Shown here: in pieces, positions 50,501-64,000 of the stretch
How positions within the stretch are numbered: the stretch's first letter is position 1
Layout: every line of letters begins with the position of its first letter
NCBI GenBank assembly: GCA_024679065.1
Contig: JAGIQG010000016.1
Coordinates: 13,702,001 to 13,766,000 of the forward strand
Direction of reading: 5' to 3'
Length of the DNA: 64,000 bases
DNA from: Sphyrna mokarran
Lineage: Eukaryota
Translations under genes and position numbers: made by a program
The notes under the pieces: model-generated
The model's database searches: none
Seen by the model: only the letters and a program-made list of their open reading frames with translations
What the model was told of the DNA's origin: nothing

Positions 50501-51302
50501 GTAATGCCTGAGATGAGTTATTTGATTAATTTCATGATTATCTATTAGCCTTATTATTGGTACTCCAGGTCTGAGTGTAAATACAACTTTACGTTTATTT
50601 TGAGTACAAGGTTTTGCTCCTGAAACTTTGTCTTGAAGTAAAAGAAACGTAACAAACTAAAATTGAGAAAATATATAAAAGAAAGAGACTGGATAATCAT
50701 TGGCTGAAAACTCAAAAGACAGGTAGAATTGTTTTTGCTATTGTAAATTGGTGAAGTGTATTCATCATAGCATTGGTTTTTCTGAAGTAACAGTGAATCA
50801 GCCTAATGTTTCGAATAAAGAGAGATTATGAATGTTCAGGAAGCAGTTCACAGCTGGTTCTCGAGGATGATTATTGCATGTAACCGGCGTCGTATGAACA
50901 GAAGTTGACCTTTGTCATCCAAAGTCCTGGCTCTTATCTGAAGATTGCACGACGCAGATGACACTCAGGTTTTGTCCCATTTTAGCCATCAATCTCATTT
51001 AGCTCAATTCAGCTTTCCTTTCTGAAATATTATGGCGTCGTTAAAACTTTGCAAGTGCATCGAATCGATTTGCTCCCTGACATTGATCGCCAAACAAATG
51101 GTGTTTTTTTTTTAAATACCTGAAGATTGCACCATACATTGGAAAGAATGTATTTAATTATGATTTATAATATGATATATTTGATAATGCAAATTATTTC
51201 ATACATAGCTGTTGGCTAGTTCGAACATAGAAGGTAATTTCCCATGGTCATTAATTAAGGATGTTCTCCTTGCGGGGTGGGAGGCGGTGTCTGCTTCTTT
51301 TG

Positions 51303-51800
51303 TTCATTCATTTAAAGGTTAAAAGCGTCGCTGGCAACGCCAGTATTAATTTAATGCCCCTTCTGAAAATGATTTTGAGTTGTCAATTTGAGCGAATGTT
51401 GCCCATTTATTGTGCGTTGTATCACAGTTCAGTTGAGAAATATGGACAATCAAGAAAATGCAACACGAGATATTCTGCGGCTTGGAGGGGAACTAGCGGT
51501 TGCCCTTGCCTTTCCCGCTGGTAGAAACCATGCGTTTGTCACCTGTTGCAGAAGGAGCAAAGGCCATGTTATTACAGCCTTGTACGGTTATTAAATCTGT
51601 CAACATAATCAGAGAGTTCCCTTCTGAATTTGTCAGATATGTTAGTAGAAAATGTACATTTTACTGTAGCCTGTGCTGGGCATATGCCCTTGGCAGAGAC
51701 CACGGAGAGCTGCTATTCCATATTTGTCAAAACAGCATGCTGAAGTGGTGCATCACAGGAATTTCTGTTTTTTCTAGAGGTATATTTGATCGTTATCATG
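51303..51800 (-). mobile_element. Degenerate LINE 3' end (CR1/L2-like)
   Basis: TTCATTCA...GCGTCGCTGGCAACGCCAGTATTAATT is the reverse of the GCAATAAATGCTGG...GACG...GAATGAA tail also seen at ~56300-56350. Confidence 0.5.
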
Positions 51801-52939
51801 CTGTTTTCTAGACTGTGCCACGATCATCCTCAAAAATGGGATCAACCCACGTCAGGCGAATGTGAGAACTACCGGGCACCCATGAGTTGGCGTGGTCCAT
51901 CCGGATCAGTGACGGACTGCGTGCAAACAAAATCTTTAGTCGTGTTGTTGAGCATATCCTTGACTTTAAAAGTATCAGCAGACCAGGAGATAATTAATTG
52001 TAAATGTGGTGTACAGTGCCCGTGCGATTGCATCACATACAATCAGTTCTATGTTCAAATATATGTGAATAAAATAAAGCTTCTAAAATCAGAAAATAAT
52101 ACTGCACAGACACGTTTATGCAAAATTCAAGAAACAGGGATATTTTATCCCATTACCAACAGATGCATTAATTTGAATGCAATTCGGCCGCGTACAGTCA
52201 TGAATGCCGATGTGCAGTTACATTATTGGAGGAGGGTTCATCAGTAACGCATGCTCAATTGTATTGAAACATGCTCTGTCTGCGCAAATGACACAATTGA
52301 AGTCAATACAATCATTTTCTGAGTCGGTTTCGGATGTATGCATCCACAAGTATAAATTTTACTAAGCATCAGTGATGTCAGTTTTCACTGAAAACGATTA
52401 ATATCGCTGGATTTCAATTAGGTGTGGATTTAATGGATGAATGTTCAGCTATCGAGATTCTAGATTTCTGCACTGACCAAGAACTAAATTACATTAGTCA
52501 TACAAATGTCAAGCCTGCAGTAGCAGCACTGAGACTGTAATTTCTTCTGACTCCAGAGCCCCAAAATAATCGACAAGTTTCAGAACAGATGTCTGATTGA
52601 ATACTCTTCAGTTGCCTGAATGAACATAGCTGCATCAATACGGAAGAGGCTCGATATCCTCTCAGGCGAAGAAGACCTCCTCATTGCCGAGCCATCCACA
52701 AAATGTAATGTTTTCTTTCATCTACTAACTGCACTGTGACAAGCCACCAACAATCATTTCAGAGCATATACGAAAAGGTAAAAGCAACAAGTGCATATGA
52801 AGAGCAGACCCAACAATTGCCTCCTGACGCCAGACATATTCTTTCAGAATAACATCTCCAGTGATAAAGTAGAAGGAGAACATTCAACAGGGGTACCAGG
52901 GGAGCATTTTAGGAGAAGTTAACTCAGCCACCTCGTCAG

Positions 52940-55850
52940 AAAAGTGAGTAAAACAACGTTAAACAGCAGAGCGAATATCCACCAGAAGTTGCACAGGAGT
53001 ATTTCGGACGAAATCGCCTCAGGCACCTCAATTGAATATTGGGAAATTGGAAGAAACGACTGGAAGTAGTAATGGAACCGCAATTCAGTGGCACAAACAG
53101 GTCTTTCTTTGGCCGTGAATGAGACTCTAGGATATTGTATTGCCTCTTGGTGCCAGAATTCTGGATGTCTTTGAGTGGTATAGGATATTCAAAAACAGGA
53201 GGTGTGCAGAAAGATGTCATTACCCACATTAACACTAATGCCAGAGGCACGAAGAGGGAAGATGTCTTACAAAGACAGTTGAGGTTCTGAACTAGAGTTG
53301 CTAAAGTGCAGGATCCTTCTATTTTCATCACGTGGTTACTCTCAACGCCACGCGATAATGAGGATTGGAAAAGAAAGATACTAAAGCTGATCACACTGTT
53401 AAAAAGTTGGTGTAGAACAGAGAGATTTAGATCGATGTGTTCGTTATGGGGAAGGTGGACTCTTTTCAAGACGGGCGAACTCCATGTGAACTGGAGAGAA
53501 AACAAAATACTAGGTACGAAATTTGTTAGTGCTGTTCAGAAGCGTTGAAACTGATGCAGCAGAAGGACAGGAGATGGAATAACAGATCAGAAAGTGTAGA
53601 ATTGGTGAAGAACGTGAGAGTGAGTTAAACATAGCGCAGTGAGGATCGGCAGAAGGAAGCTACGGGGTGTGGTACTGGAAGCCTGGAGTGCACTTCTTCC
53701 AATGTGAGAAGTAAGTCAAATAAGAAAGATGAACTGATAGCGTGGATGACTCCATGGAGTTACGTTGTAATTGCAAATACGGAGATAAAATGAAGGCAGG
53801 GCAGTACTGACATTTTGATATTCTGGAATATTGATTGGGATGGGATAGTAAGGGAAGCAAAATGGTTGTGGGAGTTTCATTGTTGATTGGGGAGCGCAAC
53901 TCATCTGTGCTATGGTGGCACACAATGGAGGGAAATCGCAGTGAGACATTAGGTTGGAGCTCAGGAAGGATGAATTCATAATATTGAGAATGTATTATAG
54001 ACGTTCTCAACAGACGTCGGGAGACAGGGGAATAGTTGTGTAATTAAATACTGGAAAGTTGGGAAAAATCAGAGTAATTGTGTTTGGGCAACTTAATTTC
54101 CCCCACATTAATTGGGACACCCAGAAAGCCAGGCGCTCAGATGCAGAACAAGTTGGAAGATTATCCCCTAGCGTCTTTTGACGCATTATGTTAATATTCA
54201 ATGAGTCAGGTGCCATACTCGACTTGACATTAGAAATTAACCTGAATACATGATCAACGTTTCAGTGGGGGAGCATTTCCAGTTTAGCGATCATGTTTCT
54301 GTACAATTCTGGGGAGTCGTGGATGAGGAGTAGAGCGAATTGAGGGTGAGGAAGATTAATTAATGCAAGCCGATATACATGTGAATTAAGTAAGGGCTAG
54401 GAAACTTAACTGGGAGCGGCTGTATGAAAGCAAATCTACGTCTGGCACGTGGGAGACTTTTAAAAGCCCGCTGATTGAAGCATTAGAGAAGCGTATCTTC
54501 GAAAAAAAATGAAGCATAGAAATGGCAGGATTCGGAAACCGTGGATGATTCGGGAAATTAGTCAAAAGAAAAAAAAAATGCAGCGACCATAGGTCTAGAT
54601 ATCGAAAAGTCCATTAAGCCCTTAAGGATTATAATGAAATATGATAGATCTAAAATATGAAATTAGGATGGACTGTAAGGGCTACGTACTATCTTTAGCA
54701 CACATGGCCAAGGAGAACACCAAGGTTTTCCACGCTTACATTAGGAGGAAGAGAGTAGCAAGAGAAAGAGGAGGCCTCGCAGAAAACACACAAAAAAATG
54801 AATCATTGACAGTGGGGTCTCTGAAGATTGGCAGATGCTACGTTGTCCCTTTGTTTGGAAGAGCTGAAGGGAAAAAAACTGAGAGCTGCAGATAGGTGAC
54901 TCTAACCATTGCAGTGGGTACGTTGTTCAAAGGTATTCAAAGAGACAAGAGCTGATTCTGAACAGTCAAGCATGGCTTTGTAAATGGAGAAAGATATCTC
55001 ACGAACTTGATTGAGCCTTTTGAAGAGGCAACCAAGAAGGTAGGAGAAGGTAATGAAGTCCGTATTATGTTTGTGGACTTAACTAAGCAATTGACAAGAT
55101 AGCGTATAGTAGGTTTTTGCATGAGGTTGAACCTCACGAAGTCAAGTGTGATGTACTAAATGGCATACACAATTGGGTTGACAACAAAAAACATAGGGTA
55201 GTTGCAGAGGATTTTTCTTTTCAGACTGGAGGCCTGTGCCCAACGGTGTGCCTCAACGATTGGTGTTATGTCCGCTGTTCTTTATGTTAATTATATTAAT
55301 GTTTTGGAAGACATTTTAGGAGACATGATCAATCAGGTTGCAGATGACATCGAGATTAGTGTTATGGTTATCTGGTTTGCCACAGAGTCTTGACTTATTG
55401 TGCCAGTGAACTGATGAATGGCAGATGGACTTTAATTAATTGTGAGGTAATGCATTTTGGCAGACCGAAACTGAGAAGGGCTTACTTAATCAATTGAATG
55501 GCATTGGGGACAGTTATAGAGAGAAAAACAAATCTAGGAGTATAGGTTCATATCTTCTTCAAAATGGGTGTTACAGGTGTACGTATTGGTGCTTGGTATC
55601 ATTGCTCGGAATAGTGAAATCAGAAGTTAATCCATCTTGTTGAAGTTGTACAAGACATTGTTAGGACCACGTTTGGAATACAGTTTTTCGTCATTCTCAC
55701 CATAATGTAGAAATGATGATACTCAACAGGAAAGAGTGTAGAACTTTTTTCCGGAAATGCAACTGGCACTTCGTGGTTTTAGGAGAGACTTTATTCCCTG
55801 GAGAGCAGGAGGCTTAGTAGTGATCCTTTAACAGTCTGTAAAAGGATCTT
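52940..55850 (+). mobile_element. Old CR1 LINE with ORF1 (esterase-like) and ORF2 remnants
   Basis: LGARILDV / THINTN (ORF1 SGNH-like), NFPHINW, AKENTKVFHAYIRRKR, QHGFV-like, LYKTLLGPRLEY segments. Confidence 0.85.
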
Positions 55851-55852
55851 AA

Positions 55853-56194
55853 ATGAGGTTGAACCTCACGAAGTCAAGTGTGATGTACTCAATGGCATAC
55901 ACAATTGGGTTGACAACAAAGAACAGAGGGTAGTTGCAGAGGATTTTTCTTTTCAGACTGGAGGCCTGTGCCCAGCTGTGTGCCTCAAGAATTGGTGTTA
56001 TGTCCACTGTTCTTTAAGTTAATTATATTAATGTTTTGGAAGACATTTTAGAAGGCATGATCAATCAGCTTGCAGGTGACAACCTGCAATGAAAATGAAG
56101 CATAGAAATGGCAGGATTCGGAAACCGTGGATGATTCGGGAAATTAGTCAAAAGAAAAAAAAATGCAGCGACCATAGGTCTAGATATCGAAAAG
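55853..56194 (+). repeat. Two adjacent local copies of 55121-55350 and 54506-54609
   Basis: 55853-56081 is near-identical to 55121-55350; 56092-56194 is identical to 54506-54609 except one A in a homopolymer. Confidence 0.95.
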
Positions 56195-56352
56195 GTTAAG
56201 GGGAGGAAATCTGCCGTCGTTACCTGATCTGGCCTACATATGAGCCCAGAGCCACAGCAATGTGGATGACTTTAAACTCCCCTCGGACAACTAAGGATGA
56301 GCAATAAATGCTGGTAAGTCAGTGACGTCGATGTGCATTGGATGGATGAAAA
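56195..56352 (+). mobile_element. SINE/LINE 3' tail fragment
   Basis: GGAAATCTGCCGTC..TACCTGATCTGGCCTACAT...CCACAGCAATGTGG...GCAATAAATGCTGG, resembling DeuSINE-type 3' regions. Confidence 0.6.
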
Positions 56353-56434
56353 GTGTGACTTGTGCACTGCTGAGACATAGCTCGAGGTTAGAACCTCATT
56401 CCAGGAATGCAACAGCAACGAAAGGCACTTAAGA

Positions 56435-56716
56435 TCCATTTATTTGTCACAAGTAGACTTACACCGTTATGAAGTTACTGTGAAAATCCCCCAGCCGTCA
56501 CACTCCAGCTCCTGTTCGGTTACGCAGAGGGAGAATTTAGCATACCTAATCCACACATCGTTGGACTATAGGAGCAAACTGGGAAACGTGGAGGAAACCC
56601 ACACAGGCGGGAAGAGTGTGCAGACTCCACAAGACAGTGACCCAAACTGGGAATCGAACCTGGATTATGTGGTGTTGTGAGACAGCAGCGCTAACCTCTG
56701 TGCCACTGTGCCGCGC
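56435..56716 (-). mobile_element. HE1-like SINE
   Basis: TTTATTTGTCACAAGTAG tail through GCAGCGCTAACCTCTGTGCCACTGTGCCGC head. Confidence 0.85.
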
Positions 56717-57299
56717 CAATCTTTTACACATTCTGGTTCATCATTTTAGGTAATCATTCATTAGATTCGTGCTATAGAGCTTCGGTATATTCTCTGAGTC
56801 AGTCATTTCAAGGAGATTGTTATAGACACTTTTGCACCTTACCAGCTATATGCTAATATCCAGCAAGGCATTGTAGATCGAGAGAAAATTGAATGGATAA
56901 ACCTCGGCCTAAGCAACGGGGACACCTCCATTACTCGTCTTTGTTTATGAACAGAACGTGCCTAGCATCATTCATTTTGCTGAGGAGATAGTATCGGAGC
57001 TAGTGGAATGACAAGTTACAGATCTCTACTTTGTCGTATACTTCGATTTTGTCTTACCATTAATGGCGTCTTCATTTATGTGACGTCTGCTGCCTCAGAG
57101 AAGGGCGCAGACAGGAAACATCGCTGAAATCTGTGTATTCATTTTCTCATTAAGAAATATGAGAAAGTTGGATATTTGGTTCAGATTCAAATTCGTTAAT
57201 TTCTCTCACAATCGTATGCTAATGTATTGACATTCTGTGCTTATTGACGGCAACACGTCGAAATAAATAATGGGGAGCTGTTAGTTGCCCTGAAAAAAA

Positions 57300-58590
57300 C
57301 GTTAACGCAGACAAGACTCCACAATTTGATGGAATCTTTCCTAGACTACTGAGAGAGAGAAAGAGGAAATTGTTGGAACCTTATGTTTAATCTTATCGAA
57401 CTTTGTCACAGAGGAAGTCATAAAGGGCTGGAAGAGAGGCAACGTTTTTTTTTTAATCTTGATTCATGGAAGAGAACAGAGATATACTGAGAAATCATAG
57501 GCCGGTCCGCTTTACATTAGTGGTAGGAAAAATTCCAGGAGCAGATTCTGAGGGATAAGATTTATTCACATGTTTAAAAAAAAGCATGAGACGTTAGCAA
57601 CTGGAAGCATGAATTTTAGCGCGTTGTATTGTCTCTCACAAAGTTGATTGAGTTGCAGCAATTAACGCTGAGACCGCGTTAATTCATGTCAACATTTATT
57701 TAGAAGGCCATCGAGATAATTGGATATGTAAAGTTGCGGCCCACACAAAGATTGTGGAATTCAGGCAGTCTTATGGAGCTGGAGACTTTGATGGAAAAGG
57801 GGCAAATGGATTATAATGTGGAGAAATGCGAATTATTAATGAAGATGTAATGTGGAGAGAAATTTACAGTAAAATACATAGCCGATCCAGGCGTACAGCT
57901 TCACAGTTCACAGAAACTGGCAACATAAATGGCTAATGTGATCAAGAAAGCATATGGTATTCTTACTTTCATAAGTTGGATCATCGAGTATAATGAATTT
58001 CAACATTAATGGCAACTTTATTGAGCTTTAGTTAGGCACCATTAGATAACTGAGTACAGTTCTGGTGGTCACAGAACCAGTGAAGTATCGAAGCTTAGAT
58101 GAGGGTCGACGTTGTTTAATAGATTGTTTCTAATTTGAAGGGTGTAAGCTTTGAGATTCTAGTGGAGTAAATTGGTTACCTTTCATTGGGAGATGCTGCC
58201 GCGTGAGGAGGGCGGGGCGGGCGGAGGGTGGGTGCAAGGGGTTTCAAATATCATGAAGCACATGGATATAATGGAAAATCACAACATTTTCCCCGAGATA
58301 AAAATATCAATTACTGGGGGACATAGGTTTAAATGAAAATGGGAAAGTTATAAGGAAATGTAACAAGCAAGATTTTTACACAAATGGCTGTAATTGCCTC
58401 TGATACGTGGCCAGGATTCGATGTTGAAGCAAGTAGAATCGTATCGTTTAAGAGGCATCTTGACAGTCGTTGAACAGAGGGGCACAGATCTGGAGGTGCA
58501 AGAGTTCTTTGCTTCGAAGGATGTAATGTTTTGAAGAGTCTTGGTGGACCGACTGGCCTATTCTAGCCCTTTGCAATATTTTGCATCCTT
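57300..58590 (+). mobile_element. Old CR1 LINE ORF2 remnant
   Basis: DGIFPRLLRE, RPV..TLVVGK, IKKAYGILTFI, VQFW segments; GGACCGACTGGCCTATT tail. Confidence 0.8.
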
Positions 58591-61219
58591 TTTGATTTCT
58601 ACTTTTAGCGAAGAAGTCTGGCAATCTTTCCGTTCCATTATGTATTTAAACCTGCAGCATATTTCCATAAATCAATATGGGTCGTCAAGAAAGGGGGCAG
58701 ATTCAGCTGACTATGGTTGAATATATGTGTTCTGTTTTTGCAATTCAGTGCGAAGATCAGCAATGCTGAGAAGAATCCGAAACAACATAAGAACGGATGG
58801 TTGGAAATACTGATCGCTCAAAATTGGAGAGGCCCGAATGTTCATAAATATTTCAATTAGTAGCTTTTTTCTTTGGTGATGAGGAACGTTTTCGATCTAG
58901 CCATTAGCTGTCAACTATGTCTGTAATGTAGCGATCAACAACCTGACCCGAATCCAACACAAAATATAGTATTAACATTGAATTATATGTTTTCTTTATC
59001 AGGTAACGTTTGTCCCTGTCGTTGACCGATATTATCTTTGTCACTACATTCATCTCAACTATCATCATCTGCATTGCTACGATTTATTTCAGAACATCTT
59101 GGCCCTATTATGATATGACATTGTCTTCCAAACATTAGAGCTAAACAATTCTTTGGAATGTCAGATGACATCAGTCGTATTTAGACGAAAGAAACACTAT
59201 GCATTATATCGCTGCTTTATGAAATCTAATATGTTCCTGTAATAACATATTATACGCATCCCACATTTCGGAACATTTAATTCTGATATCAGCAGAAATT
59301 GAGACAACTTACTTGTCGTGTCAGTTGTCTCATACATTTCTTTGTTGATTAATCAAGTGACAGATAGGCATCAAGATGTAAGGCATAAGAATACGGCGCT
59401 AATTTTCACCCTCACTGCAAGCTATGAACACGTTCACATGTAAAGGTGTATTCTGTGTTTGGTCTCGAGTGGATTGTAAGCCAAAACACGCAGCATTCTC
59501 CAACGAAATGGGGGAAAATCCTATAGCATTTTCTGATCAAATAATATTGTCTGAAAGTACCAAGTTATCTGGACAATACACGGTTTCTAGGAAGTTTCTT
59601 TGAATGTAGTTTTGATGGCATTCAAAGTTATGACACATATGTTAACGATGTTATTTTCGCCTGAGGTATATAAATGCATACATATCCTGCTGATTTTCCT
59701 TATTAAAATCAAAAAGCTAAACATGTTGCCAGTGATCAATGTCCAAACTATTACAAAACGAGAGGAATCATTTCAATCGTGAGGAATCATTTAAATTTAT
59801 TTTGCTCAACAACAGAATGAACTTACTTGCTTCAGCAAGTCAAGTGATGGTGCCTTCTAGACAAAATTCCTTTGGCATAGTATCAGCAAAATTGATGCAC
59901 ATTAATTAAATTAGTATTCCTTGAGCTTGTAAATTGACGTACAAATTGGTTTCAATAGGAGGAAGGACGATCTCTTTTCTTTAAAGCTGTTAAGATAAAT
60001 TTATATCATTACAACGTTTTAATGGCGGTTCACATTTTTGACTTGTAATCAATTTTGTATTGTAGACCTAATTCTATTCGAAAAGAAATGCTCGATCAGA
60101 AGCAAAACGAATTGTGATTTTCTGAAGACAATATATGTTTGCAAACGAGCTTTCTCGTGATATATGTCGTGATATATCTTCCTTTCTCAAACAAAATAAT
60201 TAGTAAAGTCCATGGACACTGCTTTCCCATTCCTCCTGCGACAAAGTACCTCAATATTTTGTCTCATAGCGCAAAAGGTACATGCATGCCATTATTGTTG
60301 CTGTCAGATGATTATTAACGTTTAAGTCAGTTTGAGCTATCATGTTTGTGCAGAAACATATTTTCTAGACAGTACTGTTTAATGCATTTTCAAAAAGAAG
60401 CAGGAAATACAATTCATAATTCTTTATAGGCTCTCTGGGTCGATGACAGCAATGTTCAGTTTCCTTGTCACAATGTTAAGCTTTTTAGTACATTGTCAAG
60501 GACAGGACATTCTGACGCCCAATGCAACATGGAGAAAATAAAACACTACACATTAACAAGACTTGGAAGCAGAACTCACGGAGAGATGTTTAATAAATTC
60601 AATTTGTAAATAATAATTCACATTAAAATTGTACTGGAATATCAGTCATCTCAAAGCAAATTGTAACAGTACTATACAGAAAAGGATGAAAAGCTAGCCA
60701 CATGGAAAATATTGCTGTGACCACAAATGTTGTATACTGTATTATCACTGCAATAATCATAGAGAAAATGGTTGATAGGTTTAAGCGAAGCATCGAGGAA
60801 GAGAACTGCTGTGCCACGAAACGTCCGTCGTGAAGTTTGAAAATAACGGTATGTGAATACTAATTTGGACGTGGCTGTCCATGGATACATTGAAATTATT
60901 AACATCGAAACATAACGAGGACCACTGTCCATACTATAGTTGGATTAGCAATAGTGAAAAATTATTGCGGCAAATGGTCAAGTTTACCTCCATTGTGTTT
61001 GTGGTTATTACAAAGGATAGTGATGGGTAGTGATGAGGCAAAATGTACAGTGCAAAGAGACAATCACTTTGTCAACTTGAATTTACACAGCACATTTAAT
61101 ATAATCATCTGTTTCACAGTTTATTAGAGAAGATTTCTAAAGCCAAAAATGAGATAGTGCCACAAAGAAAGATACGTTTTGCAGCAAATTAATGCTTTGT
61201 CAGTTGTACACCTTTTTCT

Positions 61220-61568
61220 GGGCAGCATGGTAGCACAATGGGTAGCACTGCTGCTTCGCAGCTCCAGGGTCCTGGGCTTGATTCCCGGCTAGTGTCACTG
61301 TCTGTGTGGAGTTTCCACGTTCTCCTCGTGTCTGTGTGTGTTTCCTCCAGGTACTCCGGTTTCCTCTCACAGTACAAAGATGTGCGAGTTGGGTTGACTG
61401 GCCATGCTAAGAAATTGCTCTTTAGTGTCCGGGGATGCATAAGATACAGGGATTAGTGGGTACAACATGTAGGGATAAGGGGATAGGGTCTGGGTGGGAC
61501 TGTGTTCAATGCAGGCTTGATGGGCAAAAGGGTCTCTTTCTGCACTGTAGGGTTCTATGATTCTATGA
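61220..61568 (+). mobile_element. HE1-like SINE, full length
   Basis: GGGCAGCATGGTAGCACAATGGGTAGCACTGCTGCTTCGCAGCTCCAGGG head; TTCTATGATTCTATGA tail. Confidence 0.9.
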
Positions 61569-62379
61569 AAGAATGGGAGTAAGCTTGTGAAGCTCATACA
61601 GAGAATTACAGACTTAAAATCGTTTCCTAAATAAAGAAAAGGCCATAGATATTAAATGTATCTATTGTTGTTTAAGAGAGGCCGGAACTGGGAATGTCTT
61701 TGTCACGTGAAATTCCGTAAAGATGTGGAATGTTACACAGACAGAAAGAGATATGAGAATAATAGTGGTTGAAAAAAAACACAATTTCTAAAATCAAATA
61801 ATAGCTGGAGTGGAGTTGTTAAAAAAAACTTACACAGAAGAAGCCAATCCAAAGAGATAGATCTTAAGAAGGAAATTAAGTAGCTTTGGACCAAAGGAAT
61901 TTGATAACATGAATGACACAACGCATGTGTGATGTTAAGTTAACTGCTTGTTATGTAGCCTTTGTTAAATTTTGTTTCAAACGATGGACTCAATTTTGCT
62001 GCAGATCTTACATATTTAGCCCATTTTCTTTTCGCTTAAAATTACAATGAAATGAATTGTGTTACCCAACGTTTGGGGCATTCGGAATAGTGGCAAACAA
62101 AAACTACTTTGTCAATGCCCACTATTGTGAATTCATGATTACCAGTTTTATTTTATGCAACCTGGCGTCAAATATATTGTAACGACGCTGGGTTAAAACG
62201 CTAGTAGTCAGTCTGTAGGGATGAAAGCACATTGATACGAAACGAGCTGAACGAAAATCAACATAATACCTGTAAAAAATGGCTGCTTTCAGATTGGAAA
62301 AAAAAAAGAGGAGTTCTGCAACAGTCAGGATTGAAGCCATTGCCCTTAATCACATATATTAATAACACTGATTATGGTC

Positions 62380-63250
62380 TTCAGGGCATGATTTGAAATT
62401 TTAACATGATGCAAAGATTGGAAAGAAATATTAACTGTGTTGAGAAGAGTCTTGATTGAAAATAATGTAAACTTCATGGGGTGTTGGGCAATTAAGTGAC
62501 AAATGAATTTCAATGGACAGAACCTTGAGCCATTTAATTTTGTCAGGAAAATTATGGGGAAACATAAAAATATGCAGGGAGCATCCCTGCCTTAATCGAG
62601 AGGATCCTGGTGGATCTGTACATAAGTATTTGAAGATGATACGGCATGCTGGCAGGACAGTTAATAGATTATGTGGTATATACTGTCTTGATTATAAGGA
62701 GACATTTTAAGAAGGTGGTGTAAAATATTTGCAAGAAAATTGGTCGATTCTATCTTGAGGACTGTGCCTTGTTCGGCCGAGATTCGTGAGGAAGAATATG
62801 AAGACATTAGAAGGAGTAAAGAAAAGATTCTCAAGAATAAATTAGGTGACAACTATCTGTAGCAACGGACAAATTTCCGTGACTTAGAGAAAGTAAGGTT
62901 GAGAGGGGAATCGTGGTACTAAAGATCCTGAATGATACGGACAAATATAAAAGATACAAACTGCGACTATTGAAGAAAGTATGCAGAATTCAAGGACGTA
63001 GGTCTAAAAATAAAAAAAGGGAAATAGAGAAAATGAGATGTGCAAGAAAAAGTATCATCCAGATGGTGGTTGAAGGTTGCAGGGAACTAATTGAAAGCTG
63101 AACGATTGTCGCTGCGCTCCTAAATAGAAAAAAATAATGTGTAAGGTTACGGGAATTGGAAAATGGAGTGTTACCGGAATATTGCTCATTCTTCGAATCA
63201 ACACACAATGGCTAGGATGACTGGCCTCATTCTATACTGCAAAAGATTTG
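62380..63250 (+). mobile_element. Very old CR1 3' remnant
   Basis: Degenerate DAKIG, QMNFN and EDPG..VH segments; GGATGACTGGCCTCATTCT tail. Confidence 0.55.
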
Positions 63251-64000
63251 TGATTCTGTGATGTGATAAGGATCCTGTATTTGTAATGTCATGTTGTCTA
63301 GGATAAATGTCTTCAGTATAAAAGGAGAAGACGTTTTGGCTAAACATCTATCTTTCTTTGTCAACTCGATGCCCATTACGTTTAAAACAGAGAAGATAAA
63401 ATGTGCGTTTAGAAAAAGCATGACAAAATCTCTGATCAATCAATCTGCCCAATCACATAAATGTTCTTCAGCCAAAGTAGTCACAAGAACGTTTACATTC
63501 GGGACAAAGGATGGATATGGTAAGCGTTATTAAGGAATTCGAAACAATGACATCAATGTTTGTTTTCTCAAGTATTATGTTACTTTCAAACGTACAATCA
63601 ATTGAAAATGCACATTTCCTTGGGAACAGTTGTAAAATCGTGTGATTTTGAAGCATTCAATTTTGTGTTACACGCTTCTCTGACACGTTCACCAAAAGAA
63701 AAATCGGTTATCATTGCAAGGTATGAGAATCCACAATTAAAGCAGCTGAGATGTTTTATTAAATGACAATTGTTTAAAGGCATATTCATTCGGGAAAAAA
63801 ATGTAAAATTATAGTGACGTAAGCACATCCATGCCGTCAGTGCAATGAACAGACAATTACATGAACTAATCAAAAGTAAATTAAATAAGCACTAAATAAC
63901 GAACGCGAACAGTCCCAGCTGAAAATTAAAAATAAAAGATTTTGGTATTTATTGTAACAGCATTTTACAACTTTCAGTACTATTTATGGCTGATGACGCA

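Noticed and set aside
52936-53505. 189-aa minus-strand ORF
   Set aside because: Antisense to CR1 ORF1 remnant
60765-60835. RFKRS furin-like site with CC, or WLIGLS lectin-like motif
   Set aside because: Very short, closed by stops, no exon boundaries
1-64000. Prokaryotic systems (CRISPR arrays, operons), rRNA or true tRNA genes
   Set aside because: Sequence is eukaryotic; tRNA-like segments are SINE heads and no spacer-repeat array was seen

Overview
Vertebrate, repeat-rich, mostly non-coding DNA. The repeat content (CR1 LINEs with (GTTCTAT)n tails, HE1-like tRNA-SINEs, Rex1/Babar-type LINEs, a Penelope-like element) points to a shark/elasmobranch genome; this is inference. The only confidently recognisable host coding sequence is one intact + strand B30.2 (PRY/SPRY) terminal exon (13942-14462), with no recognisable partner exons in the window. 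It lies between two decayed minus-strand LTR elements. Upstream is a very old, apparently env-less element with paired LTRs and a tRNA-His-like PBS (7422-12279). Downstream is a class I-like ERV remnant with integrase, env and a 3' LTR (18290-20780). Also present: a Penelope 3' end with a degenerate hammerhead ribozyme core, a ~1.85-kb unit triplicated at 45.5-50.1 kb, an inverted repeat, templated local copies inside an old CR1, a strong 12-nt microexon signal with frame-compatible downstream exon candidates, and a 148-N gap. Most short ORFs in the track are spurious or repeat-derived. Repeat boundaries are approximate, read by eye.
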